Source of the DNA: Dicyema japonicum
Lineage: Eukaryota; Animalia; Dicyemida
Direction: 5' to 3'
Length of the DNA: 64,000 nt
Assembly (NCBI GenBank): GCA_011109175.1
Contig: RDEW01000012.1
Span: forward strand, 202,038 to 266,037
Shown here: positions 19,851 to 30,867 of the stretch, piece by piece
Position numbering within the stretch: the first letter of the stretch is position 1
Layout of the letters: each line of letters opens with the position of its first letter
Translations under genes and position numbers: made by a program
Notes under the pieces: model-generated
Database searches by the model: none
What the model saw: only the letters and a program-made list of their open reading frames with translations
What the model was told of the DNA's origin: nothing

Positions 19851-21620
19851 TTTTTATTCCCAGTGAAGATGATCAATAGGGGTTGATTGGGGTGACATCC
19901 AGTAATTGTTCTGAGCGCGATTTTTCGAACTTTTTTGTCGATAGAAGTGAGAAAGACGAAAGTTGATAAACAAGACATAATTAATTGTTGTTTGAATAAA
20001 TTGTTTATGACGGTTAGGGCCTCTTTTCTTTGGACTAAGAAATGGTCTAAGACAGCTTTCAGTATGTTGATTTTGCGAGAATCCTTTGTACATTATTATG
20101 CTTTGAGAAAGTAGTTGGTCGAAAATGACTCCATGTATTTTGGGATGTTTCGTAACGGGGAGTGTTTGTCCATGAATTGTGAAATTTGCTGAGAATTTAG
20201 TGGTGGCGGTTGGAAGTAAAACAGTGACAATGGATTTTAGCGGAGAAGGGGATTTGCTACAAGCGACTTTTCAAGAGAATTCAAGTGGTTCTGGAAATCC
20301 TTCGCTATTCTGTTAACGTCATTGTATTTAGAGGCGATAATCAGGTCATATGATAGAAGTGTCTTAGAATTGGTTGGAATCACTTAGGTGCAAGTTGAAT
20401 AAGGTGGGAGACAAAACGGATCTTTGATGGACTCCATTTGGAAGGAATCGGTAGTGAGATAGACATAATTTCATTCCGACCAATTCTTCCAGAGAGGAAA
20501 TTTGTTAGCCAATTATGAAACGTGGAGGAATTCAAGATGAAGGAGTTTTGTTACTTAGAATCCACCTTGATGTTCGATCAAACGCCTTTGTTGGGTCAAT
20601 CGATGCAAGGATAGTCCGTTGTGGAGGATTGCAATTATTGAACCCATCAGAGGGATGTGTAGATGTTGTGGACAAAAACCATGTTGAGAATCTGGGAAGG
20701 GAAGATCTCCGATATTAGTTTTAATACAATTTTCGACACTAGATAGTAGTGAAATCTGTCTGAAAGATCTTGGATTCGAAGGATCTTTCTTGGGTTTCTA
20801 TTAAAATTATATTTGGATTTTTTCCATAAAGCTTGAATTCGATTGTTAATGATAGAGATAGAAATGATATAAGTGATTGCCATAAGTTCATGTATGTTAG
20901 GTACTTCAAATGAAGAATTCAGATTCCGTCTAGTCCTTTGGCAGGATTTTTTGATAAGGTTTTCTACATCAGTCGGTTTTCCTTGAGAAGTTTGAACGTT
21001 TTTCAATTTTCATTGTTCATGTTGATGTGACTCATTTTTTTGCGTAGTGATTCATTATGACATCTGCCTGATGAGCAAAATCACATGGGTTGTATTCTTG
21101 TTAATATTGGTGTCGTGGGTTGTCTCCATTCTATTTTGTATCTACTGAATACTACGTAAAGTCCCCAAAATTTTTTTTAGTTTGTCCGGTAGTCAATTTT
21201 GGCTATTCTATCGTTCCAATTCCTCTCGTTGATTAACTATGTAATTTCATTATCAAGGTTAGATAGTTCGACCATAGGGATTCTTGATTTTTCGAGTCGG
21301 CGTCTTGTGTGTCTTTTCGATAATTTCCTTAGAGAAATTTGGATTATAGTCTGCAATGAGTCCTCTTGAAATATGTTTCGGTTAAGCATTGAGGAAATGC
21401 TCATTAAATAATTTCACTGCGATATCAAGCGATTTGATGTTCTATACAGAAAAATCGGATAGCAATTTTTTCGTTTCTTCGCGAATAATTTATTATGGTT
21501 TTCCTGTGTCTAACAATAGTTCGATTGAAAGAAGAATTGGGTTATAATCAGAATGGAAATCTTATATAACTTTCCAGGATAACGCCCAGGATAGGGATAT
21601 AGAACATAAAAATCTGGAGA
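19850..21620 (-). mobile_element. Decayed APE-RT LINE (Jockey/I-like)
   Basis: Minus strand shows SDYNPILLSI (APE end) at about 21520-21560 and GVHQRSVLSPTLFNLHLSD (RT) at about 20380-20435. Many stops. Confidence 0.75.
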
Positions 21621-21669
21621 GTATTTAAAAGTATATATTAAATTACTATTTTAAATGATTTAATAATTT

Positions 21670-21790
21670 TCCAATGAGAAGAGCTGTACAGGATTCTTTA
21701 CCCCGCCGGACTCCCTTGTTGGTCTAGGATCACTTTGTTAGTTGAGAACGTTTCTCTTTGACTCAGTGATCCTGTGGGTAATAATAATTG
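21670..21790 (+). mobile_element. ~120-nt hairpin-tailed retroposon, copy 1
   Basis: About 80% identical by eye to 58176-58309. GGATCACT at 21727 pairs with AGTGATCC at 21765, followed by a (TAA)n tail. Confidence 0.8.
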
Positions 21791-21829
21791 TAAATTTAAA
21801 TATAGTTGTCATAGTAATATATAATAAAT

Positions 21830-22581
21830 ATGGTAAGTATTAATGTATATTAGTAGACAATAAATGATATTATCGGATTATACCCTCCTGCCATAGATGG
21901 TTTGCTAAATTCAAAAATCAAACAGAATGGTGATTTAATTATAATATATAGAAATTCCATATTTAATATCGTTCTACAATGAAACAAAGTTAAGATCAAA
22001 GAGTGCAGTTCAACAAAATGTTAATACTGAATTGACAAATAAAGTGAGACCCAAATCAGAAGTAACTAAAATAACAAAAGTAAGCAATAATGAGTCAAAA
22101 AACGATGAATTGCCTAGGAAACAAAAGTCAATAAATGTCAACAATTGCCAATATGGTAAAGTACATGTAAATAATTCACCAAAATTATTTAATATAAATC
22201 CTCAATATAAGCGTGAAGAAATCAAAAAATATAATTTATTTGAAGGGAAATATAAAGAATCATTAAATAAATTTGGCTGGAGATGCCAAATTCAGGGAGA
22301 TCCTTATTTTATTAAGTAAATAAAAATATAATTTTAGAAAAACTGTAGAAAGACGTCCATATTCTTCAAGATTTACAAATTATAGTTGGAATAAGAAATA
22401 TATTCCTGAACAATCAAAATGTAAACGAGATGGGTCAGTTCATTTCCAAAATGTCTTTGCTCATAGAAATGATGCCTATGAAATAAATCCAGACTTTGTT
22501 TCTGAAAATTTGATAGTAAAGAAAATTCAGATTAATAGAGTTAAAAATGATAATTACCGATATTTTTCATTTTTATATTAA
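21830..22581 (+). CDS. Hypothetical protein (~230 aa), 3 introns at 21833-21856, 21930-21951 and 22316-22337
   Basis: Removing three 22-24 nt GT-AG introns gives one open frame MTINDIIGLYPPAID...FGWRCQIQGDPYFIKK...RNDAYEINPDFVSENL...FLY*. Confidence 0.75.
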
Positions 22582-22791
22582 CTAATCAAAAACCGAGTTT
22601 TATTTTACACAATTAAATCAGTATTACTACTCGCTTCTAAACCTTTCTCCTCTTAGATGAGGAGTCGTTGAACTGAAATCCAGCCATTTCCTCCTCACCC
22701 GGGATGCCTGTCACGCTATCGTTTTGCTAATTCCGTAAGGTGATTTGTTGCTACAACCAAAACTTCCGGTTTTCTTGATTTACAACATGTA

Positions 22792-23102
22792 TTATTTATT
22801 AACCCCGGATACACCGAGAAAGAAGTTAAAGTAAACAACTAATTAAGTGTATCCAGTTTCCACTTCCACAGAGTCCATTCGGAATCAACATAAAGGGTAA
22901 AAGACGTCCATACTTGCAGTTGTGGAAACCCCTCCAGTGGAGTTGAGGAGAGAAAATGATCCTTTTTCGTGCCGGCCTGGCACTGGGCGCCATCTAGACA
23001 GGTGGATCACTAGGAAGAGAGAGGAGGAACAGACGAGCAAAACAGAAACTTTAACCAATTAGCCATGCAGCACCACATGGGCTATGCGACGAATTAAAAT
23101 TA
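22792..23102 (-). mobile_element. tRNA-derived SINE (family A), full copy with 12-bp TSD
   Basis: Reverse-complement match to 41445-41760. TSD TTACAACATGTA at 22780-22791 and 23103-23114; TAAA tail. Confidence 0.85.
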
Positions 23103-23814
23103 TTACAACATGTAGTATGACATATGGTACACTCGAGGTATGTTTACATTCATCATTTACGGTTCTATCCATTCTAAATATATGTCATAATAGTCCCCAT
23201 ATATAACCTTTCACATTATTTTTAAGAGTTTGACTATAATTATTTATTGCTTGTCTTTTTAAAGTCCAGATCTTAAAAACGACCTTTGGTGTTTCTCTGA
23301 CACATTTATAGTTTGTGATACTTTATTTGACTGATTCACTGTGTTCATTGGAGAGCAATTGGATTGTAACACAACAATTTTGTTTTTATTAATGTGCTCG
23401 TAACTCTCTATATGGATGTGTCCACTTTATCTTACCTTCCAATGTAGTCGCTGTTAAGCATCCTATTGCAGCTTGTAGCCATATGATCCACTGACTTTTT
23501 GACTTGCAATGATTACATAGTTAATCTTTATCCGCAAAAAACAGATTACTGTTTTGAAAAAAACAACAAAAAGCATCCAATCTCAGACTAATCCTGCTAT
23601 TGTGGTCATATTTGTTTTCTAAGCTTTAAGGACCTGCAGGAATCCATCTTTTCTGAGACATATGCTGGACTTTCTTTCCAAATCAACCAGGAATTGGTAC
23701 AACATAGATTCACTTTTATGAGAAATTGAAACAAGTCATCTAAGTTTATAACGATTAATATACAATCTTTATTTGTTAGGCTTTAAATGTGCTCTATTCT
23801 CTTTTAAAATATTA

Positions 23815-23995
23815 TTTCAGCGACCATTCAGAGGAGTTCCCCATGGACGGGACTTCCTTCAAGTCCGAGCATGCAAAGACTGCTAAAGGAGGCCGGGATC
23901 ACTTGAATTTTTTTCATTTTAGCTATGAATGTGTTTTCTGGTTCAATAAATTTTTAATTCTTGCTATGACTGTGTTTTCTGGTTCAATAAATTAA
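23815..23995 (+). mobile_element. Retroposon 3' fragment (family H), copy 1
   Basis: CAGAGGAG.TCCC..TGGAC...GGAGGCC.GGATCAC...TTTTCTGGTTCAATAAATT is shared with 26590-26715. The terminal GTGTTTTCTGGTTCAATAAATT is tandemly duplicated here. Confidence 0.7.
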
Positions 23996-24349
23996 TTTAA
24001 AATCAATAGACTCAAATTCCTTCAATGTCAATTAATATTAATTATAGAGGGCATGTTCATTGATTACTTTAAATAGATTTAGCATTGATATTAGTATGCA
24101 CCAATTTCACAATCCTCTTCTTCACGTTTTCCGCGATCGTCCTGAAAACATTCTGTTTCATGACGTTGCTGGAACGATCCTCTAAAACTCAAAGTAGAGA
24201 TATCCTTCATGTACATCCAGAAATTTAACATCCTTAATATACTCGTGATTAGTGGTTGACTTGTCAATTCTCCTCCTAAGACTAACCATACTAAAATATT
24301 CATCAATATCATGAAATCATCTTAAACATAGTCCCATAAGGATATACCT

Positions 24350-24480
24350 GTTATTTACAACATTGTTCAACATGTTTCTTAGTGATCCTCCCTTTCCAGT
24401 TACTCCAAACTCAATCTTTTTGTCTTATGCTGACGACCTCGTTATTGCAGCAAGTCGTAGAAGATCCTGGGAGGCAACAT
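24350..24480 (+). mobile_element. LINE reverse transcriptase fragment
   Basis: LFNMFLSDPPFP...LSYADDLVIAAS (YADD motif). Confidence 0.75.
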
Positions 24481-25211
24481 GAGCTGTGCAAGAGACATTG
24501 AACATGGTGGATCTTTTGTTTTTTGCACTTTTTTAGTTGGAACTTTGTTTTACCGTCCATTAAATACCCTACTGCAGCCTGTTATTGACGCAGAGCATGT
24601 GATACAGAACCGATGCCTAGTCTTATTGCCATTCTCTAAAAGGTCTAATACAGAAAACGTTACACGTCGTCCTAATTGTGGATTGAGTTTAGAAATTTCA
24701 GAGTGTTCTTTTATTGTTATTTGGTACTTGGTCCTTTTGTTTTATGTGGGAATTTGTCTTGTGCATATTAAGCAAGTCTTCAAATGTTTTGACTTTCTTG
24801 TCGTTATCGATGATTATGTGTCTTTTTTCATATGTCTTTGGGCCCTTCTTTCTCTAAGAATCGTCTTAACATTCTTATATTTTTAAAGTTAATTTACCAG
24901 TACTTCTATTCTCTCCGATTTGCTGCTTTATGCAACTATCTAATTTTTGCAAGTGCTGGGTTACGGAGTCTTCATAATTCTTCAATTTTTTAGTTAATAG
25001 AGAATTCTGTGAGAACATCACGACTTTTTGATTGTATTGAGGTCTCATCGATTAAGTAATATTTCCTTCCACCACTGTATGGGATATGGTGATCATGTTT
25101 TTGGTCAAGCTTATATATTTGTGGGTTGTTTGATCATGTGGCAGACTGGAATATGAGTAATCTAATTTTGTAAAAAGGTTATACAAAAAAGATCAATTTA
25201 TTAAAAACAAT

Positions 25212-26372
25212 TCAATGACAACAGCTGTGAACTTTACCTACAAAAGTCCAGTCATCTTTGTAAACTTGAATGACTAATATATTGAATATGTGACGGAGAC
25301 GGAGAGACAGATTAGCCATCACAACATTTGGGTCAGCATCCCTCCTCAGACGGACAGAAAATGATCCAATCAGAATAAAACATAAATTATACAGAACGAT
25401 TAAATGAGATATTCCAAAAACATTCATTCTTAATTTCCAAGACTCCGTCCACATAGCAGCATTCCTTTATTAGTCTGTCGACATTAGAATTTTGTGGAAG
25501 TGACTGATATAACAGAAAATCATACATTTATGAGTATTCGACCGGAATATTTTATAATTGGAAGGATTGTGAGTATGGTCATGGTGGATAATAAAATACA
25601 AGTCAGTGAATCAACTAAAAGTCCCCCATCGTACATAACATAGACAAACAATGTCAAAATAAAAGACAAAGTCCTAAGAGTAAATAATGGATAGGGACGG
25701 GGAAGACAGACTCCAATAAAATGTTCTAAACTAATATTACAGCCACAAAATACCTCCCAATAAGTGAAGAAATCCACATGTGTATGAAATTTGATGATGT
25801 GATTGACTGAACATGTTTGTAGGCATTATTGGGGAGAATCAATAGCATGTAAATGTGTAATATGTAAGATATTATAATATAAAACAACATTTTGTTAGTA
25901 AAATGAATATCATTTGTATAGTTGAGTAAGCATTCAACCCTTTGATAATACATTATATTACATATCCTTTATCACAAAGAAGGATCCAAAGACTGACAAC
26001 AAAGAGGAAATAAATACAGAAATTACTTCAAATCTGTCATATCCAAACATGTATAATAGGTTTGGTTTTAGATTTAAAGTATAAATTGTCACAATATCTG
26101 TGAAAATACTTAAATAAATACAACACAACAACCAGAAACAGTCATGAACAGCGTAATTGAGGTGATTTAAGAATACTAAACTATACAACATTATTACTTG
26201 TGCTGGAAGAAATATTGGCCTCATAAAACATAAATAAAACAAATATAATTTGTATAAATTGAGTATAAATTAAACATTTTCCCTAATAAATTAAATATAA
26301 ACTGACTCCTTTGTGATGCATTACTTCATTGCACATATTCTTACATTTTGTGACAAATTGCGTGGTTATCAT
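25212..26372 (-). CDS. SLC30A6: Zinc transporter 6 (CDF family)
   Basis: KPNLLYMFGYDRFEVISVFISSLL; VDSLTCILLSTMTILTILPIIKYSGRILI; IGSFSVRLRRDADPNVVMANL...LVIQVYKDDW. These parallel the ZnT6 motifs FERLEVLAVF, YSGKVLLQ, GSVHVRIRRDA and VQIFKDDW. Confidence 0.9.
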
Positions 26373-26589
26373 TTGAATATTAATTAATTTTTAAAACATT
26401 TTTAATTTTGTAAAAAGTAAAAGAATATATAAGTTTTGTTTGTCTTTGATAAGGAGGAGTGATATTCTTCATGTTTTTATATAACTATAATATGATAAAG
26501 TTTTTTTGTCTTTGATGTTAGCGTGTGTCACGTGGTTCACCATCTGTGGTGGTGCCAGATATAATCATAAATTATGTCCAAAAAGGATT

Positions 26590-26715
26590 ATTAGTCAACA
26601 ACCCAGAGGAGATCCCTCTGGACAGCACCTCCAAGTTTGATTGCTGAGGGAGGCCAGGATCACCTGATATTTTTCTTTCTGGCTATAAAGGTGGTTTTCT
26701 GGTTCAATAAATTTA
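26590..26715 (+). mobile_element. Retroposon 3' fragment (family H), copy 2
   Basis: Colinear match to 23815-23995. Confidence 0.7.
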
Positions 26716-27289
26716 ATTTAATTAAAAAAAACTAAATTTACTTTTGTAGCTATAATTTTACCTGTGTTAAAACAATCAAACTAAAAACTCAACTTCTCAT
26801 TGGAAATATTAATTTCCTCAGTGATTAACCCAAACTTGAAGTTTTGATTGCCAACTTAATGAGGACGTGGAAGGGTTAACTCTCAAGATCAGGATTACTA
26901 CTCAGCAATTACTACTCAGCAGAATGCCCCAGTATTCTCCGCTCTCTCCTTCGTGATATACCAACTAACGAGAACAAAGATTGTTTATTATTTTTGCAGA
27001 TCGCAGCAAGATATTGTTTAACCCTAGTCTGTCTTTCTTGTGTGGCGTTATTTCTGTCTTTCTTTCACAGTAATCACAAGGTTCTAAATAAATGACAAAT
27101 ACCCATCCATATTCTCATCTGTCTTTGCTCTTTTTTGCTATTAACGGTCAGATGTCATGTAGGAAAGAAAGATATTTAAAACGAATTTTCCCTATAAGGT
27201 AGCGTATTTTCCTTCTGTGAGGGTTTCAGCTTTCACTGAGACCGATCCTGAGTAACTAGTTGCCAGTATGAAACGGAAAAACTTTCAGA

Positions 27290-29420
27290 GCTTGGAAAAG
27301 GGGTACTATTACCAGTACAGAAAAAAATAAACCCGCCAAACCTGTTGAAAACTTGCGTCCTGTCATCCTTCTAAATAACCTGCGGAATATTTTTGCCCTG
27401 ATCGTACTTAATTGGATCCAAGAACCAGTGGACGGGTACTTGATTCAAAGCCAAAGTGGATTCAGGACTGGGAGATTAACAGCTGATGTAGTATGGTGCA
27501 ATAGGTGGCATTTTGCTATTCAGCGAAGATTCCAAAGTTCAAGGACTATTCTTGGAATTGATCTCACCAGAGCTTTCGACACTTTCAATCAAGGAAAATT
27601 AACTAAAGTGCTGGAAAGTTTCCTGGATCAGGACTCGGTCTCTTCTGAAATTGCCTCCAGTTGCTTCTATGATAGAGTCGAGTGTTTTGGGGGTAATTTC
27701 TCTATCTGTATATTTTTTCCAGTGAATTGATTGCTTTTGACTGGATCTCTTGAATTTTTGTTAGGTTCGTTGCCGACAGGTTAGATCCCCATGCAGCACA
27801 TTGTTGGCTCGACATACTGCTCGTAGAGGGTACCTGGCGGATAAATTCCTCCACAGTTCCAAAGGAAAACTTTTACAAAATTGATCTTTTTTGCACAGGT
27901 TGATATGATGGATTCCACCATAGGCTGAAAAGTAGAGGAAAGTATCAAAAGTTACTCCCAGTATCTTCTGCGATTTCTTTTGTGGTATAGGTACTCCATT
28001 TAATGTGACATCAATTGTTTGCGTTCTCATCTTCCTATTCTTAGTGAATAGAGTGACTGCTGACTTTCCGGAACATGCATTTAATCGATTTTCGCACAAC
28101 CATCCATATATGTTATTTAGTATTCCTTGTAGTCTTTCTTTCACATTTACGTCCCTAGATGTGACAGCTATGACATCGGCATAGGAAAGTAGCATGTCAT
28201 TATTATTCATGGAAACGGGGAGATCATCCAGAAACAAATTAAAGAGGATTGGTATCAAAGGAAATCCCTGGGGTACACCATTGGGTAACAATCTCGATCT
28301 GAAATTCTTGTTTTTGACGCACACTTTCCCTCGGCGTCCACTTAAGAAATTTGCTATCCATAACTTTAGTGGTGGAGCAATTTTTGTATGAGTATCTTCC
28401 TTGGGACAGAATCAAATGCTTTTCGAATGTCGATTGTACATATGACTGATTTCTCCTGTTTTGGCATATTCTTGTGTCCTTCAGTTATGAACTTCATTAG
28501 TGTTGTTAGGAAGGAGGTTGTTGATAATTCTGTCTTGAAGCCATGTTGGAATGTAGGTTGTGGGAGAGAGGGCGAATAAGTTTTAGGACCAGTTTCTCCA
28601 GGATTCTCGACAAAACACATATATGGGAGACTGGTCTGTAAGAGCCGGGATCGTTCTTTGGTGTTCCCGGTTTCAATATTGTACGAATTTTTGATAGTTT
28701 CCATAAAGTCAGTATGGTATTTATGTTTAGCGATGTGTTGTAGATGATTGTCAATGTATTACAGCGACGATATTATGGAAAATGTTTGCACCGATGATGT
28801 TGACTTTGTCTCAAGTAACAAGGATAGATTAAGACGTCTAATGGAGGTAGTACCAGACCGCCTGGCTAAATGATCTTTATTAACGAACACTTCGAAGACG
28901 GATATCGTCGAAATCAAGCGGATGGAACCGCGCAGTACCTGGAATAAGACCATAAACATGGCACGCTTTTTGGGGAATCTGAAGACATTGCCAGAAGGAA
29001 ATTGTTATTTACGGTGATCATGCAAAAGCTTTTAAAAGAATTGATCCAAAGGCGTCCATTCTGCTTATCACAGACTCAGATTGTATGAGGCTTTCGCGAA
29101 ACTGATCCTTGCTCATAACTCTGGAACATGGGAATCTCGAAAACCGACGGAAAAGGGCTAGACTTCTTTCATAGGAATCAACTTTGGTCACTTTTGGGAT
29201 TAAAGTGGCCAATGCGTGTAAGGAGTGAAGCATCATACAATAGCTGCTTCTCTTGACCTCTGAGCACCCTGATTACGAAGATGCTGTTTGGTCACATTCC
29301 AAGAATGAAGCGAGATACGCCAGCAAACATCATCATGGAAGAATTCTTTGAAAGATCTGGGGAAAAATTTAGAGGCCGTGCGATTATAATGCTTCCCAAA
29401 GTCCTACTTTGTTTTTTCGG
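27290..29420 (+). mobile_element. RTE-clade LINE, split by a nested opposite-strand LINE
   Basis: ENLRPVILLN...SQSGFRTGR...LGIDLTRAFDT at 27340-27640. It resumes at about 28750 with DDVDFVS and later LFGHIPRM. Same family as 59890-62260. Confidence 0.8.
27760..28750 (-). mobile_element. Jockey/I-like LINE RT region nested inside the RTE element
   Basis: WKLSKIRTILKPG...SYRPVS; QHGFK; DIRKAFDSVP; NGVPQGFPLIPILFNLFLDD; SYADVIAV; YLGVTFD-like ILGVTFD. Confidence 0.85.
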
Positions 29421-29429
29421 TTTAAAAGT

Positions 29430-29610
29430 GGTCTTGGATGAAAATTTAATTTTAATGAAAGATGCCCACAAAGTCTACCTGAGATATATGACTATAGCCT
29501 TTTCAAAGAATCCTAAAATTATTGATGTGATTTATGATAAACAGATGAGTTTCGATGTTGACCAAATCCTAACGAAAGGTCTCCATAAGACAATGTCCTC
29601 AAGCCAATTG
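29430..29610 (+). mobile_element. Possible copia RNase H end fragment
   Basis: HKVYLRY...DQILTKGL resembles HIDVRY...ADILTKGL. Short and degenerate. Confidence 0.25.
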
Positions 29611-30867
29611 TTTCGAAGAGCCCACAACTAGTAGAAGATTGCATAAGTAAATTGTACAGACAAACCATTGTTTCTTTTATAGAATATGTTTGTCAGCATT
29701 TAGGTATGCAGTCTCAGGGTTTTTGTTTGACAAAATCAGCTTTTTACATGAGAAGACTGCCTTTGTCGCTTCTCTGTCAACGTATAGACACAGATGAATG
29801 GCTGTGAATTCCTCTTGTTCTATCAAGAACCAGGGAATCCACTATGTCCATCCGTATTACGATATGAAAATGAACGATCCGTTTTTAAATACCCGACCCC
29901 CCCGACTTTCTGTATAGACACAATCACTTACGGAAAGCGATGATGTTACTCGATGAGAAAATGACAAAGGTAATGAGAGAAATTGGGATCATATATTCAG
30001 TTTTTGATGGTTATGTAAATAAATCTAAATAATAATTGGTTTTTTTCACAGAAAAGTATAGTTTCCATTATACGTCCAAAAAGAACAGATATGCTAATTA
30101 GGGGGACTAAGACATCAGGAATGTTTTTTAACTTCTTTTCGGCCAAATGCACAGTGAGATATCACTGATGACGGCGTCACTCGTCTAGTCAGGAAACGTC
30201 GTAGATGCATGAAACTTTTAGCCAGAATGGACGACAGCGAATACCAACTGTGAAACATTTGAATTTTGTCGCTTACTTATAACACTGTACCTTTAGACCA
30301 GAGATATGAAGAACTACAAATAATTTTTCTTTGTGATATCTACCGAGATCCAGTCGCACCTCAACCTAGTGTACGAATTGTTATCTCCGATATGATTTCT
30401 GTGTCGTCTAAATTACGATTTACCCCCTTCACTTAGGAAATGAAGTTAAGAGTCAGAAATATTCCTTGACAACATCCCAACTATAAAAACTTTCATACAA
30501 TAAGCCAAGTATTGACTAAGGGATATGGAAATGTTAGATATTGCAAAGAATAATCATCAATTGTAATTAAAGGTCCACAAGTAACAATAGCAGTTTTCTG
30601 AATTTATGTAAAATCAATTTAGGTCAAATTTTAAGGTCAATAAAAATTCCATTGTCTTATGACAAATTGACTGCTTTATAATAATAAATTTATTTTTGTT
30701 ATTAAACGCCTGGCAAAAACCATGATGTGTGAAACCCAGTAGCTTAATCTCTATTGCTATTGTGATAGGGCGAGGATCAATAGTTATAAATATATTTATT
30801 TTAATAAAAGTTATAGATAAAATATAATTAAATTATATCAAGTTAATAAAATAAGTTAAATTAATTC

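Larger units (their letters stand above)
23110..25150 (-). pseudogene. Decayed or unresolved spliced host gene, possibly PH-domain containing, interrupted by two retroelement fragments
   Basis: Open stretches of 45-57 codons and plausible short introns. HEGYLYF...WCILISMLNLFK and QWIIWLQAAIG resemble the first strands and final helix of a PH domain, but no stop-free spliced frame could be built. Confidence 0.3.

Noticed and set aside
22670-22745. HDV-like ribozyme suggested by TCCTCAC and GCTAAT
   Set aside because: No consistent P1, P2 and P3 pairing could be built.
24479-24886. 135-aa hydrophobic plus-strand ORF, and most other 60-130 aa ORFs in the track
   Set aside because: These are antisense or off-frame shadows of spliced genes or TEs. 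Many start at TTG/GTG, and hydrophobic F/L/I bias is expected from T-rich DNA.
24090-25080. Stop-codon reassignment (TAA/TAG=Gln or TGA=Trp), suggested by readable frames with stops in the decayed gene
   Set aside because: Intact genes use TGG for conserved Trp and end in TAA at the expected homologous positions, and short introns explain their internal stops.
30760-30775. Shared promoter motif TGATA(A/G)GG(C/A)G upstream of several genes (also near 26448 and 41280)
   Set aside because: Only three loose instances with inconsistent orientation and distance, and a similar string lies inside CKAP5 coding sequence.
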